Shown: in pieces, positions 49,455 through 62,691 of the stretch
Layout of the letters: each line of letters opens with the position of its first letter
How positions within the stretch are numbered: the first letter of the stretch is position 1
Notes under the pieces: model-generated
The model's database searches: none
Told to the model about the DNA's origin: nothing
What the model saw: only the letters and a program-made list of their open reading frames with translations
Source of the DNA: Yuukianura sp. NJ FZ-2021
Taxonomy: Eukaryota
Direction: 5' to 3'
Length of the DNA: 64,000 nucleotides
Assembly: GCA_046563655.1 (NCBI GenBank)
Contig: CM102285.1
Span: 7,006,001-7,070,000, forward strand
Program-made: the position numbers and the translations under genes

Positions 49455-50894
49455 AACTAGAAATTTTGTAAATTTAAATGTCGCAGTTTCAGAAAAATTG
49501 TTTACAAAACCCAAACGACGGCAACCGAACTTAAGTCAATACTTTGTTTGTTTGAAAGTTCATGCTATTTTTGATTATCTTTGCACTGACCGTTTTTGAC
49601 CACTCACGAGGGTGTTTCTTTTTGTCGATGCCTGCGACTTTTATTAACTGCGCAAGTTCGGTTATCGTGGTTAGTAAATTTAACGAGACGATTTTTTATT
49701 AGACACGCATAGCAGCCAGGTATCCTTGTTTTAAACGGACGTTTTAAACATGCTGTTTTAAACGTTTTAAACGCTTGTTTAAAGCAAAGGGTAAATCTTG
49801 TTTTAAACTAAACTTCAAAAATTGGCAAAATTACGTGGAGACTTGGCAAAATTAAAGGGGAAACCCTAAATTTTTTGAAATTTTTAGTGAAATAAGTTTT
49901 AAGCAGAGACAGGAGATCAATAAAAATAACGCCAAAGAATGTTTTGTAGACATGGCAACGACTGAGAATTGAGGATTTACACAATACGTAATCATGAAAA
50001 ACCAGGGAGGGGCGAACGAGGGGATTATTTACGATTGAAATTGACATTTGAGCATCATTCGCTGGTTTTTCTAAATGGGTATGGCGAGGTGGATGAGCCA
50101 CTTCTGAGACTCAATTCTCTAGTCATCCCAACTCTTAGTGACGTAATGCGTAAATAGTAAATTGAAAACAAGAAATTCGACGACTTCGACTCAATTTTCA
50201 GGTGCATTTCCTGAATGATTGGTTACAACCTCAGAAAACTACAGCCACAATTTTTGTATTACCATACGCTGATCCACATCCCGAGAGTTCTCTCCGAAAC
50301 ATCCCGGAGGAATCTTCAACCGGTTTGCCGTGTGTCGGAAAAGAAGGCAGAAAACCGCAGGATTTCTTTAACGTCTTCCAGAAAACCTGTTTTGTGGACG
50401 AAAAATCCTGGAGCCACGATCTGTGCTGAGCATTAGCAGATTGTAATGCCGGATTAGGAAAAAGGACGATCACACCAAAACCGCAAAACTGATTTTTCCC
50501 GATTATCCTTAATCGTTAGATAATCTTGAGATAACCCCAAAAATTCTGGTTAGGGTGTGATCGGCCTCAAACTTATTACCGATTTAGAAGTTTGGAGATC
50601 ACACCTCACTTTTCTAACCAGATTTTAGTTCCAAACTAAAAACCAGTCCGAGCAGTTGTATCTCGGTAATAACGCGAAGCTCTCTACCACACCCTATTTC
50701 CATTGAGTCACGAGCATTCCTTTGAGTCACGACCGATGCCGTTTGTGGGTGAGTGGCTAAGTGAGTTGAGTGGGTGAGGCTAAGTGGGTGAGCCATTTCT
50801 TAGCCTCAATTCTCAGGTTGCCCCAACTATTAGTGACGTAATGCGTAAATAGTAAATTGTAAACACAAAATTCGTGAACTCTTACCCAATCTTC

Positions 50895-51203
50895 AGGTGC
50901 ATCGCCTGTATGATTGGTTGGGCGCTCAAAAAACTACGACCACACTTTTTGCGTTAGCACATGCTAATATTGAAAACATCGGAAGACTAGGTGACGACAA
51001 CAGTACCGTTCGTCCAGAAAACTTGGGTTTTCTGGATTTTTCCGAGGATTTCAGAAACATTTTTCCGAAAACCTAAGTTTTCTGGACGAACGGTACTGTT
51101 CTCGTCACCTGGTTGTCCGATGTTTTGATTATCAGCTTGTGCTAATGCGAAAAGTGTGGTCGTAGTTTTTTGAGCGCCTCACCAATCATACAGGATATGT
51201 ACC
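50895..51203. repeat. Imperfect palindrome, ~130-bp arms
   Basis: ctgtatgattgg..cagtaccgttcgtccagaaaactt / aagttttctggacgaacggtactg..ccaatcatacag. Confidence 0.8.
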
Positions 51204-52508
51204 AGAAGTCTTATGGGATATTGCGTATCAGCGAATTTGTGCATCGTAATCTTAACAGAATACTTTTTACAAAAACATTGAGAAACAGGTCATAGGGACC
51301 TTTTCCAAGACCTAGAAACGTTTTCTGGAGCATAAGTGGACGTTTTCGGACCTTTTAATTTGGCGGTCTTGTGTTTCTATTCGTCGAAAGTAAAAAAAAA
51401 AAACGTTCAAAAAACGTGTTTTAAGGACACCCCGCATAGCACACGTCCTTAATAAACCAGTGTAAACGCAGTATGTAGCAAAAAGAAATTAAAGTGCACA
51501 TCCTGGAAGTTGTGCACTTCCGATCAACCCAGAAACCGATTACAGATCTGTAATCACCCCTGGACCGTATGAAGTTCATCCGTCGACAGATTAAAAATCG
51601 GTCTTGTGGTTCCGGATTTATGGACGCGCTTAGGATGAGTGACGCCACTGTGTAATTTCTAATGACTATATCTCCGGATCCGAAGGTCAAAAGTTAAGGT
51701 CAGCTACACAAACTTTGTTCGTCTCAGTAAGATGAACAACTTTTGTAGAGGCGATTTTTTCAATTTCCGCCAAAAATGAACTTGACCGTTAATCCGGAAG
51801 GGGTCTACTTCCGGTTAAACTTGAAACCGAGTAGTCACTCCTGGACAATTTGAAGTGCATCTGCGAAGACAGATTAACCGTAGGATGATCGACGACATTT
51901 TGCAATTTCAGACGTTTGTATCTCTTGATCCTAAAAGATTAAGGTCTCATACACAAAAGCTGGTCGTCCCAATCAGTGAACAACTTCCAGATTTCCGTTT
52001 CCAGAAGTTCCAGTCAAACTCGACACATATTTTTCACCCACATACTGTGTGAAATGCATCTTTGTAGATATATTCAAAATCAGGCCATTGGCTCCAAATT
52101 TCTCGTGTCCGGCAGAGAGACAGACCGACAGGCTAGGGGGAAAACATAAAGTGGTTCATTCTTTTAATGAATTAGTTCTGGAAATGTGTTTTTATTACAG
52201 CATTTATTATATGAGACTGATTTCACCTGAAGGAATGAACTTTTAACTTCCTTTGAATAATGGGTTGTTTTACTAACAAAGGATAATAACCTCGAATAAT
52301 ATAGAAAGTGTAAAAGTGATATGTGTCACCATTCTACCATGCTAGGATTATAAACTTAAGTGAAGTTAACTACCTATACACTTTTACAAAAGCTCAATCC
52401 TGAAAATAAGCCTAAATCTTAATTACATTCGAAAACTCTTTGTACTAGAAAACCTGTTTTAATTAACACTGTACTTATGTCAACTCCTTCCAAACGGAGC
52501 CTCCGAGT

Positions 52509-53602
52509 CTATACTACTGATACGGGTCGGAGTTTCACATCTTTAAAATTCTCAACGCCTTTTCCATTGTTGTTTGGGGCAGTGGCGAGGGTCGTCGTGT
52601 ACCCTGGCGGACTATGGTACACATGCGCTGCACCAGTATTCTTTGCGGCGCTGCTGTTGTCATCGTCTTCGTCGGCAAATGCCCAAGAGTACACAATCCA
52701 CATAAAGAAGATTATGAGCAAGGCGTCAATTCCAGTGGTGATGACAAATATTTGAATGGGACCGTCCAGTTGCAGTTCGTTTGTGAGGACGCAGAGTGTC
52801 GCACTTCCTATCATCAACATCACGACGACGTGAACGTACACCCAGAGTTTCCCCATGAATCTGCCCCAACAGCCTCCCTAAAAAACAAAGATCATGTCCG
52901 GTCACCTTCCATGAATCATTCTTAATATGAATGGAGTCAATAATTACATACCAGTCTCGTAATTAAGCTATGGCTACTGAAAGTTGACCTTTGAATTGTT
53001 CAACATACCTGAATCGTAGCTAGAAACAAAGTCAAGGAGAAAAGTAGTTGCAATGCACCACCAGCAAGGGCGGTTGCGGAGTTTGCAATGAGAATGCGGA
53101 AGATAGCTTCGTAGTTGTAATTAAAGGGGCCGCTGGAGCCAAAGAATGGATTCACTTGCGACAGGAATTCCGTCGAACTCATGTAATAATTCTTTTTCAT
53201 CTGAATAGATTTATGCAGAATCCAACTGCTCAATCCGGAAATCCCAATTCCAATAAACTAAAAACAAAAAAATTAAGAAGTTTTTACTTTTTAAACCTCA
53301 ACCCAATTCAACATATTTTGAGCTCTCATTCCACAAATAATTTCTCGTTTTCCATGTTAGGGATAACCACTGTATGAGGTTTCCCTCGTCGTAAATGTAG
53401 AATGTTATTAAAAATTTAACTTAAACTAAAGTTAGTTCTTGCATTTGCGGTATTGCATGAAATAAATGCAAAGTTATGAGAAAAACGCCAACTGTAATTA
53501 GTACAAGACTTTGTATTTGTATTAAATAGCACTTACCAAGGAGCAAAGTGCCACAATTCTGACGCTGTGTCTTAGCGCTGATTTAGATCCGGAAGAACAC
53601 AT
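52509..53602 (-). CDS. Uncharacterised four-transmembrane protein, 227 aa
   Basis: Exons 53602-53537, 53257-53009, 52877-52509, GT-AG, 684 nt in frame. Four hydrophobic segments and a tail containing PPGY. Confidence 0.75.
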
Positions 53603-54360
53603 TTTTGCGTAAATTTTTAACTTCAAACAATATAAAAACTGTTGATCCCAAATCTGGAGAGATAGGTATGGTTGAAGCGTCAAGCACAGACTTACTGAAC
53701 GAGTTTATAAAAGTGACATTACAATAGAATTTGGCTGAGTCACACGTTGGCCCAAGTAAGTTTCAGGGTCTTCTGGGAGCAGAATTGAAGAATGAGGCAT
53801 CAAATCTTACTCACAATTCTTCGAGAATTTCTTATTGCTCCTCATTGTCTCACTTATAGAGGTACACTTTCTTGCGCTTCTTCTGTATTGCCAATTGCAT
53901 TGCGTCACTCAAAGTGAGTGATTCGCCGACAGCGCGTAGTGACTAGTGAGTCAGAGCCCAGGTAGTTTTTCCATCGTCTTGGATTTAGAAATACCCATTA
54001 GAGTCCATAATAACTTTGAAGACGAACGTGACAATACGAGAGTTGTGCAAATTAAGAACAATCGCAATAATGAGCCTTCTTCTTATGCCCGAAATATGCG
54101 GAAACCAAATAATATTTTATTGCGATGTTTGGAAAATAAAAATTATTTTTATTGGCGCATGTTACTAACCAATGAGAATGCTGCAGTTCGTAGGGAGGGC
54201 AGGAGGCTTAAATCGCAAAGTCTTCTAAAATACATTTTATACTTCAAACAAACTTTCAATCCATTATAATTACTGTTAAACGATATTAAGTAAATGCAAG
54301 ACTTTTCAGCACATGCAAACCTAACCTAACCCTCAAATCAAGTCTCCCTTTTAAAATATT

Positions 54361-55573
54361 TCATTTTGATTTAAAAATCAGTAGAGAACGCGCCGTCCAA
54401 TAGATCATGAGGTGAATTAATTTAAGTACTGTTGGTTGCCTTATAAAAACTTGACCAACATTAACCCTTATGGGACGCAACGATCGCGTTGTTTTTTTCA
54501 ATGAAAAGTTTTGCTCTGCTCGAAGAAAGTGCACAATTTTAACCTTCCTAACGTAAGCAATTGAATAAGTATATAGAGACGCTGCAACCGGAAAGGCAAA
54601 TAAAACAATACAAAATGCAGTTAGCGATACCAACCAACGCCAATGTAACAATCGTCAGCAAATTCAGAGATTCATGGGCGCGAATAATCAAATGGTTACA
54701 AACTGCAGGTACCAAAATACAGCTAAAATGAAACCATGGAAGTGCAAATCCCGAAACCGCTTCGGTAAACGCTTTCTCCAAAATCTGAAGTGATCGGATC
54801 ACTTTCAATGAATGCTGAAAATTCCACCAACTCAAGTTTCTTCTAGAATTAAAAAAAAATAGTATGTACAACCGTCATGCGTCACATTAGCGTAGTACTA
54901 AAATAAAATTATCTCACATAATATGGCGTAGCCAAAGCGAAGTCGAATACCAGAAGCTGAATAGAACGATGATGTTGAGTAGCGTTATGTGCCAAACGGC
55001 AACCAGCAAGGCGTATTCGACAGCACAGTAGACAAATTTCGAGTCTAAACCTACCATTTTAAATTGTTTGAACAGGGGATAGCGAGGTGATGTTGGATTT
55101 GATAAGAACAACAGTGGACCAATCACCATCGTTTCAGCATAAGTTAGAACAAGACAGGTTAATAGTAGCAAGTCACAGATTGTGCAACATGGTTTTTCTT
55201 TGGATGTTGAATTGGATGCAGTTTTAAGTATGTTTTTCTGAAGAGCAAAGAACTGGTTGATGTAACATGATATACCGCGTCTATTTAAAAGATTCGTTCC
55301 ACCCATCACAACCGCAAGGACCATGGCCATGACGAAGAACAAATGAATCGCTTTGTGCGAGAAACTACTGGAAGTATCTCGTTTGAAAGCAAATGTAACG
55401 TTGATAAGCTGAATCCAAAAAACACCATAAATCCCAGCAGAGGGCAACAAGGCATGACCCTTTAGAATTGTTAGTTTAGTAGAGTTCGGATCCCAGTGAA
55501 ATGGTATTATTCGCAAATATGTTTGATGTCGCAGAAATATGCTAATTATTCGCAAACTACGTTCTGGCAACAT
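54361..55573 (-). pseudogene. Chemoreceptor-like multi-pass gene with a single +1 frameshift
   Basis: Exons 55573-54918 and 54842-54361 total 1138 nt (3n+1). The frame switches near 54612-54615. C-terminus SLRPIRVNVGQVFIRQPTVLKLIHLMIYWTARSLL parallels the 19190 gene. Confidence 0.72.
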
Positions 55574-56728
55574 ATTGATTAGTTCTTTTTCTTTTTACAC
55601 AAAACGAGGACTGTTCCCTAGAAAAGGTGACTAAAGAATTTGAGTTTCAACGATACTCTGGTGCGCAAAGTGAAGAAAGAAAATTTGGTATTTTGGAGAT
55701 GATGTTTCGATCGGAACAGGCAGAGTTAGTAGGCGTGGCTAAACAAAATTAATTAAGGTATATTCTCTCTTATTGCAGTTGAATAATTGAATCTAAAATG
55801 GTAGATTGCGGAGGTTACTATTATTGAAGAAATCGCAGAAATTGGAACAATTTCGCAATTTAAAAGGTTATAGGTTCCGGTAAATTCTTGCACCTTTACT
55901 ACGTTAAGGCGTCACAAATACTTTTTGAAACTAAAATTGCAACATTGGATGAGAAAGTTTGCACAATTTACTGAGAAACGGACACCGAATTTATACATTT
56001 CACGGGAAGCTTCAGACACTGAATGAGATAACCCAATTTTGAGTTGAAACTGAGATATGAAACTCATTTTTAAAATCACGGAATACCTCACATTCTCGAA
56101 CGAGCATTGATTGGTTAATGAATTAAAGAGAAAGCTATTTCTGGTAACCGTGAACTACTTGGTCCAATTACATATGGCAGTAAGCGCTGAAACTTAAAAG
56201 GATGTTTTGGTTTGTTACATAAGATCAAAAGATTTTCCAAACATCCAAAATTGAGAAAAGGAATTGAAAACATAAAACGAACCTAAGCAATCAATTTTAG
56301 AGGTTAATGGATAGAGGTTAAATATTTATTTTGTGGGTTATAACAATGACGAAAAAGCGATTGTTGTGAAAGTTTTTAAAACACTGCCGGAGTAATATGG
56401 GAGTAGCATTTCGATTACAAATCCATACTTGGCCTCACAATATAATGAGCCATTACAAATTCCATGAACATTAAAATTTCGAAAGTTTTGGAATGAAGAA
56501 GGAGGTTCTATAGCTCTTTTTTTTAGTGTTATGAAGAAATATTAACGATTTAATTGTCTGAGGAGATGGAAATGATACTAGGTTTTAACAAATATTAAAT
56601 TAAATGGAATATAATCTAAAATTAGAAACAGGGAGACATCAAAGCGAAAATATAGAATTTAAAATTCAATTTTTATGCAAAGCTTCAAATGGCTTCGGTA
56701 TAACAGCAAGAAAGAAAAAAATTGCTCC

Positions 56729-59700
56729 TCATTGGACTTTGATGTCCAGATTCCCATCATCTCTTGATTTGACTTGAAAGGGAGTGACGCTGTTGATGAC
56801 CTCTCTAACAACTTCCAGAAATCGCTGGAACCAACCCTTTTGTTTCCGTCGCTTCGCTCCATTGGAGGCGCTGCTTCCAGCACCACTACCTCCACCTTGT
56901 ACAGCTGGAGCCACTGGAGGCTTCCAAGTCGAAGTGGTACTTTTAGTTGTATACGAATCCAGCGACTTGGCGGCATCTCTGTCTTTAGGCTTCGACGTAG
57001 TTTCTGGTCCACCATGTTCATAATTTCCAGCTTTCTTCAAATCCTCTGTTGGAATTTTGCCTGGGGTGCTGAAGTTCGATGTTATCAGTTCCCTCTGCGT
57101 CACACCATCGCTTGCAGTAGGTTGGGCAGGAGGTGGCGATGTGTTTTGGAGAACGCCAGCATCAATTGCAGTATACTCTGGGGAACGCGGTGGACCTGTT
57201 GTTTGATTGGTGACTTGTTCTCGAACTGCTGGATTTTCACTCGGTTTAGGAAATTTTTCAGAATACACATTAAGTGTTGTTCCCATAGTCACTGGCGTCC
57301 GTGGAGTAGTACGCGATGGAATCGTCGTGCTGCCTCTATACCCAACTTGAGTTGAGGTAACTTGGTCAGAGTAACCTCCTTCAAAAGTGTTCACCGTGGG
57401 TTGTGTAGCAGTTGGACTTGGACTGGATTTCTCGGGAACTTCAGCGTGTGCGCCTTGCGAGCGACCGATAGATGAAATTGCACTTTCCGGTGTAGTGGGG
57501 GAGTCGAACATTTGGGTGTTAGTAGTAGACATCCCGTCACTTGAAAACCCTGTATGAATGGACTCAGTAGCGGCCATAGTTGTCAGCTCAGAAGGAGTAC
57601 TTGCAGCTCCAGTTGTCAAACTACTTCCGTTTGTGGTATCCTGGTCCAATGTTTCAGTCGAACGATACTCGTGTTCGTGCCTCCCTGTTGTAGTAATTGG
57701 TGGCGATTGAGATGAATCACTTCCAAAAGACGCTGAAATTTTTTTTGAGAAAAATTTGAACAAACGCTTGGCATTTTCTAAATAATAATAAATAATAAAC
57801 ATTTTCCTCTTAGGTTCTTAATTCCTCTAATTAAGTACTCAATCAGGACTACCTTCGGGGGAGGCGGTAGAAGTTTCCATTTCATCAGTCATAGAAAGCG
57901 TGGTCCTACTGACCCCTTCGTCGGGGTCAGCGATATCACTAGTATGTTCGAAGGACGCGCCACCAGCGGTTATTGTGTTGTCACTGAAAGACGTTTCTGC
58001 TCGGGTATTAAGCTCCATAGATTCCGTCGACATAGGCCCCACAGATTCCGTCGACTTATGCTCCAGCGAAGACTCTGATGAAGGTACTGTTGGAATTGGA
58101 TCATCGAACGAATCGTTTGTAAATGAACCTAAAATCAGTAGTGGTTACAACATAAGCTTCTTTCTCTGCAAGAAATTGTGAGAATGTATTTAGCATTTTA
58201 CTTTGAGTGACTAGCGACGAGACTGGGTCGTCCTCGGTCCAACCATCCGCTTTCGCCAAAGTGCTTGTCGACTGCGCATGCGCTGTGGGAGTAGGAAAAG
58301 TTTCTGATCGGAAAGAGCCTTCATTTTCAGTTGTTGTAGGGACAGCATCCACTGAAGAAGGTATTTCCGTAGTAAGATCTCGAGGCGACACTCTAATCAA
58401 ATTTTCAGGTACATTTGGAGAAGTTGTGTTATTCGTCGCATTCCCGAACGAAATATCGTAGTCCAGCGGCTCGGACGAAAGGAACGGATCATCTATTCCG
58501 TTATCCAATTCACGACCTCGTCGGGATGCCGCAGTAGTTTCCACAGTTTCATCCTCGGACGTAAATCCAGTCATTTTCTTGCACATTGCCAATTCTGATT
58601 TGCATCGGGAGGCCTAAAATTTCGAAATTAGAAAATACACTTTGCCATACTACCAATAGAGATGATTACTTTTAGATTTAGTAAATTGGCTTTTTAAATC
58701 TTGAGTTTACTTACAATTTTCTCGAACTTGGTTCTCTCACTCGATTCGTACGTCGTGCAAGAATCGCTAAGTTGTGGATCACGTTTTCTGAAATATGACA
58801 AAAAAAAAATATTTAAAAACATTCGTAAAAACCAAGAGTAGGCAGATAGCTTTAAAAATATGAAAATATATTTTACGTGTTAGTATTGTTGGACGTTTGA
58901 CTTGCAGCCAGAGCAATAGAGTCGCCATCACAATCAGTTTGCTTCCAAGTTGCTTTTGCGATAATGAACATCAGTAGGAATCCGACGAATAGGCCAACTA
59001 TGAACCACGGAATGGCCACTTTCGCTCTGCACACTCCTGAAGGTTTATGCTGTTCAATACTTTTGGAGTGGTCACCACACAGCGCATGCGTGTCATCAGT
59101 AATGGTCAATTTTGAATCAAACGAGGCCGCTGACAGTGTTGAGATCTTTCCCGTGAGGAGACTTTGCTGTGTTCCTGGCCTCCAGTCATCAAGGTCAAGG
59201 GACGGTGCTGAGGGTGGAGGCACAGCACAGAATCTGCCCACTAACTTGTCGTTTTCAAACCCTTTGCTCCCGGTTGAATTGAAGCTCATGAGCGTCTGGT
59301 ACATTGACTGTTGCTGACTCTTGTGGGACCCTATTCCGACATCGTGCGGCGGTGGTTTCAAACTATCCAGGTCTTCCAACTTGTCACACACGTCTTCCCG
59401 GGAATTTACTCCCATTCCCAATCCCAGTCCAAAATTTGGTCTCCATCTTCCGTTCATCGTATCTTGAATAATTGACCTTTGACCGGTAGGGACGCTATCC
59501 ATGTCCAGTACTTGAGTTGTTTTGTACTCAATGTCATCCTGGCCGCCACTGCGTGATCCTGCGCTGTCAGAACCATCTCCATCTTCGCCTCTTGACCTTC
59601 TGCCTTTGGCTGATCCAAACGGATCGTCTGACTCACCCCCTCTAAGTCTCCCTTGTCGCAGATGAACTGAACGGTTACCGTAGTTAGGCACAGGAATAGA

Positions 59701-59808
59701 GTTACCTGAGGGCTTCTTGGGTTGATTACTACCGTCCCCAGCACCTAGACTCTCACGTAACCTTTGAACTAGAGTAAGGGCCTCTGCCTTACGGGTATGC
59801 ACGGCCAT
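56729..59808 (-). CDS. Type II single-pass membrane protein with Ser/Thr-rich mucin-like region, 898 aa
   Basis: Exons 59808-58877, 58787-58715, 58613-58202, 58128-57853, 57732-56729, GT-AG, 2697 nt in frame. One TM segment, VAIPWFIVGLFVGFLLMFIIA. Confidence 0.8.
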
Positions 59809-60022
59809 TTTGCAACGCTTAATTTGTTGAATTCAAGTTTTCAGTTGTATAAAGTGAAAGGTGAAAGCTGTGCGGGCAAATTCGCCCACTTGTAAACTGT
59901 TTGCCTAAATGCTAAAGGCGCCTGAAATTCCGAGGCTCCACTACAAATGAAACATTGCATTAACAATTCATCTGTGGCGTGTTTACCAGGGCTAGATTCT
60001 CAATGTCACCGTAACTGTCTTT

Positions 60023-60668
60023 AAGACGCTACGTCCCGAGAGCCTACTCCCCTTCCCCGACTTTATTAGTCCGACCCAACTGATAAGGTGCTCTGTCTGT
60101 CCAGTGTGATAGTGGGATCTTGAAGGCTGAGACCTGGGGTCCAGGTCTTAATGTGCGGGGGCCTGTGGGGTGTGTGGCTAGGCCAGTCACACGGAGGAAG
60201 CAAAGTCTGGTTGTTCGCCTCTAGTGGGCCAGGAGGTAGCCATGGTGCAGTGGACAACACTGCCAACCTTACTTTTGCTTCCTCACATGTGGGGGCTCAG
60301 ACGGGTTTCGATTCCCCCGTGGCCAAGAAAATTTTTCTTGTCATACCCTAGCCTGAGCCGGGTTGACCATTGACTGCTGGACAGCAGAATAGATAATTGT
60401 CGAAAGACGCTACGTCCCTGATGCCTACTCCCCTTCCCAGACTTTATCAGATCCGACCCAACTGATAAGGTGCTCTGTCTGTCCAGTGTGATAGTGGGAT
60501 CTTGAAGGCTGAGACCTGGGGTCCAGGTCTTAATGTGCGGGGGCCTGTGGGGTGTGTGGCTAGGCCAGTCACACGGAGGAAGCAAAGTCTGGTTGTTCGC
60601 CTCTAGTGGGCCAGGAGGTAGCCATGGTGCAGTGGACAACACTGCCAACCTTACTTTTGCTTCCTCAC
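60023..60668 (+). repeat. Tandem 381-bp unit (1.7 copies) with tRNA-derived Pol III head (SINE-like)
   Basis: 60023-60287 repeats at 60404-60668. Head at 60238-60324 has A-box tggtgcagtgg, B-box ggtttcgattccc and acceptor-like stem gccatgg/ccgtggc. Confidence 0.75.
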
Positions 60669-61333
60669 ACACGTCAATTCCATCGATCCAAGGTTTCGAA
60701 CACTCCAATATGGAGCGACTAAAAGAAAACTTTTGAGCTGGTTCACCCGAAGTATTGGAACGTTCGAAGAGTAAGTGGTCATTAGTGATTCATAGGTGCT
60801 TGAATTTGACATGAACATTCTATGATACCTAGGCCTTTTTTTTTGGGAAGTTAAAGGGTAAAGTCAAAGCTAGGGCGCAAATCGGTAGGAACACGTTCGA
60901 GTCTGATTTATCTCCTTAACGGGCGATGAGCAAGCTTGTTACGTTATGGTATCACAAACTTTTAAAATTCAAACCATCTAAACAAAAAGAAAATCCGATT
61001 TTTGTGACGTTAACTCAAGCTATTTTCTTACAGAGTTTCTCTTTACCGCTTTGTTTTTGCTACTAAGTATTACTTAAGCCTTTATTTCTGTAAGAAGTTC
61101 ATAAAATTCAATACTGCACTGTATAAAATTCATAACCTCATTGTTATTTGAAACCTAACGAAAAACTTCTAATAACAAATAACAAAAAAAATTATGTAAC
61201 AGTTAATACATAGGTATGTTAGGACCATTTTTTGTTATGCATTGTTTTTTGTATTTCTGCAAATGAAAACCGTGAGAAGTTCTCATTGAGAACTTACGGT
61301 CCTAAATCTACTGATAACCGCATAACATACTGC

Positions 61334-61882
61334 TTACATTTGGTTTTCCATGTAGAAGTGCCCGGATCCGTTCCCTTCCACTATAATGGCTTCTACAAGA
61401 GCCTCATTAATAATGTTTGTGGTTGGAAGCATGGACTTTGGTAATATAGTCGCTCTTGTAATCAAGGGTCGTCGACGCTTCAAAATGGTGATTTCGTTTT
61501 TCCTGACGGATTCCGCCAATTGTGCAGCCTCCAACTGTCTTCGGCGAATGGCTATCGGAACCTGAAGCGGAATACCGTAACAATGGGTCTGCTTCCCATC
61601 AGGCGTTGAAACTGTCTTGGTTAATTCATTTTCTGGCGGAAGCACCTGGACGGCACCACCGTTTTGAACAAATCTAGTAAGCATCTCTCCTGTCCCGGGC
61701 TAAAGCAACATAAAATTGATAGTTTATAATCTGCTTACATAGAAAGAAGTTTCAGGTTTCGAATACAATTACACTTTAAGGCTCCATATCTCGCTCGTAA
61801 GTTTGTTAAAAAGAAAATGACACTCTATACGAATACAAAATCTTACCGACATTCCCGTCCGCTCGGACTCGGACAAATCCAT
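61334..61882 (-). CDS. Possible small spliced gene of unknown function (3' end uncertain)
   Basis: 36-nt exon 61882-61847 (ATG..|gtaaga) splices in frame to 61699-61334. A donor-like gtaagc at 61337 suggests further exons. Confidence 0.4.
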
Positions 61883-62398
61883 ATTGGCCTGTGTCCGAAA
61901 ATCTAATCTTCACCGTATGAGTTCAGTTCTTATATTCCTTCCAAGGAGTTGAATCTCAAATCCGCGTGGAACTTAAATTCTGAATTGTAATTGAATTGAG
62001 CACTGTTTAAAATAATCTTTCTTAATCTTTCTCCCTTAAAAAACACGCTAAGGTCGGCACTCCTAACCTAACCTAACGCCTGTAATTAATAAGAATCACC
62101 TCCACCTTAGCTACTACTAAATTCTACGTCTTACACCTGTCATGTCGTGTCGAGGGTGAGATGTGGTAAATGGTAGTATTGCGGCTTTGTTTGAAACGTT
62201 ACGTTAGTTGGTTAGTTTCCTTTCGTTGGTTATAATCAGTGTTACGTTGGGTCTTCTCGGGTGAGAACTCTTTATCACTAAAATGAACGCTTCTTGTCTT
62301 CTCTGGTCTCAGTCAGTTTTGTTTGTTTACATTTGAGGGTTTGTGCCTTGAAGTTGAAGTTAACAACCCTCATTGTACCCTCGTAATATAGATAATAA

Positions 62399-62600
62399 AG
62401 GTTGCTAGATATTCACTTTTTCGACATTTCGTCCACGGCTGCATATCCAGTGGAAGAATTGGATGGATTCAAAGGGGCGGAGCTTTGCCCGCGTGGTCTA
62501 AATTAATTAAATACAAAAAGGTTAAACAATTCAAAATAGCGTATAAAAAAATTTCGTTTTTGTATGAGTTTTAAATAGATTATTCATTTTAACGATCAAA
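62399..62600. mobile_element. Partial copy of the hAT MITE family
   Basis: Matches 11014-11202 (catttcgtccacggctg..aaatacaaaaaggttaaaca..ttttaacgatcaa); no right TIR. Confidence 0.65.
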
Positions 62601-62691
62601 CCAACACTTTTTTTTAACATGGTTTATCTCCGGCAAACTTGCATCGTGATTCGTGAGTTTGCCGAAGATGAGCATCTCTATTAATTTAGTT

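Larger units (their letters stand above)
46809..50744. repeat. Large inverted repeat, ~826-bp arms
   Basis: 46809-47635 is the reverse complement of 49919-50744; the ORF track shows identical ORF pairs on opposite strands. Confidence 0.92.

Noticed and set aside
60238..60324. Functional tRNA gene or twister/hammerhead ribozyme
   Set aside because: The anticodon region is expanded and irregular. aacactgccaa resembles a twister segment but the remaining core is absent, and no CUGANGA..GAAA core was found.
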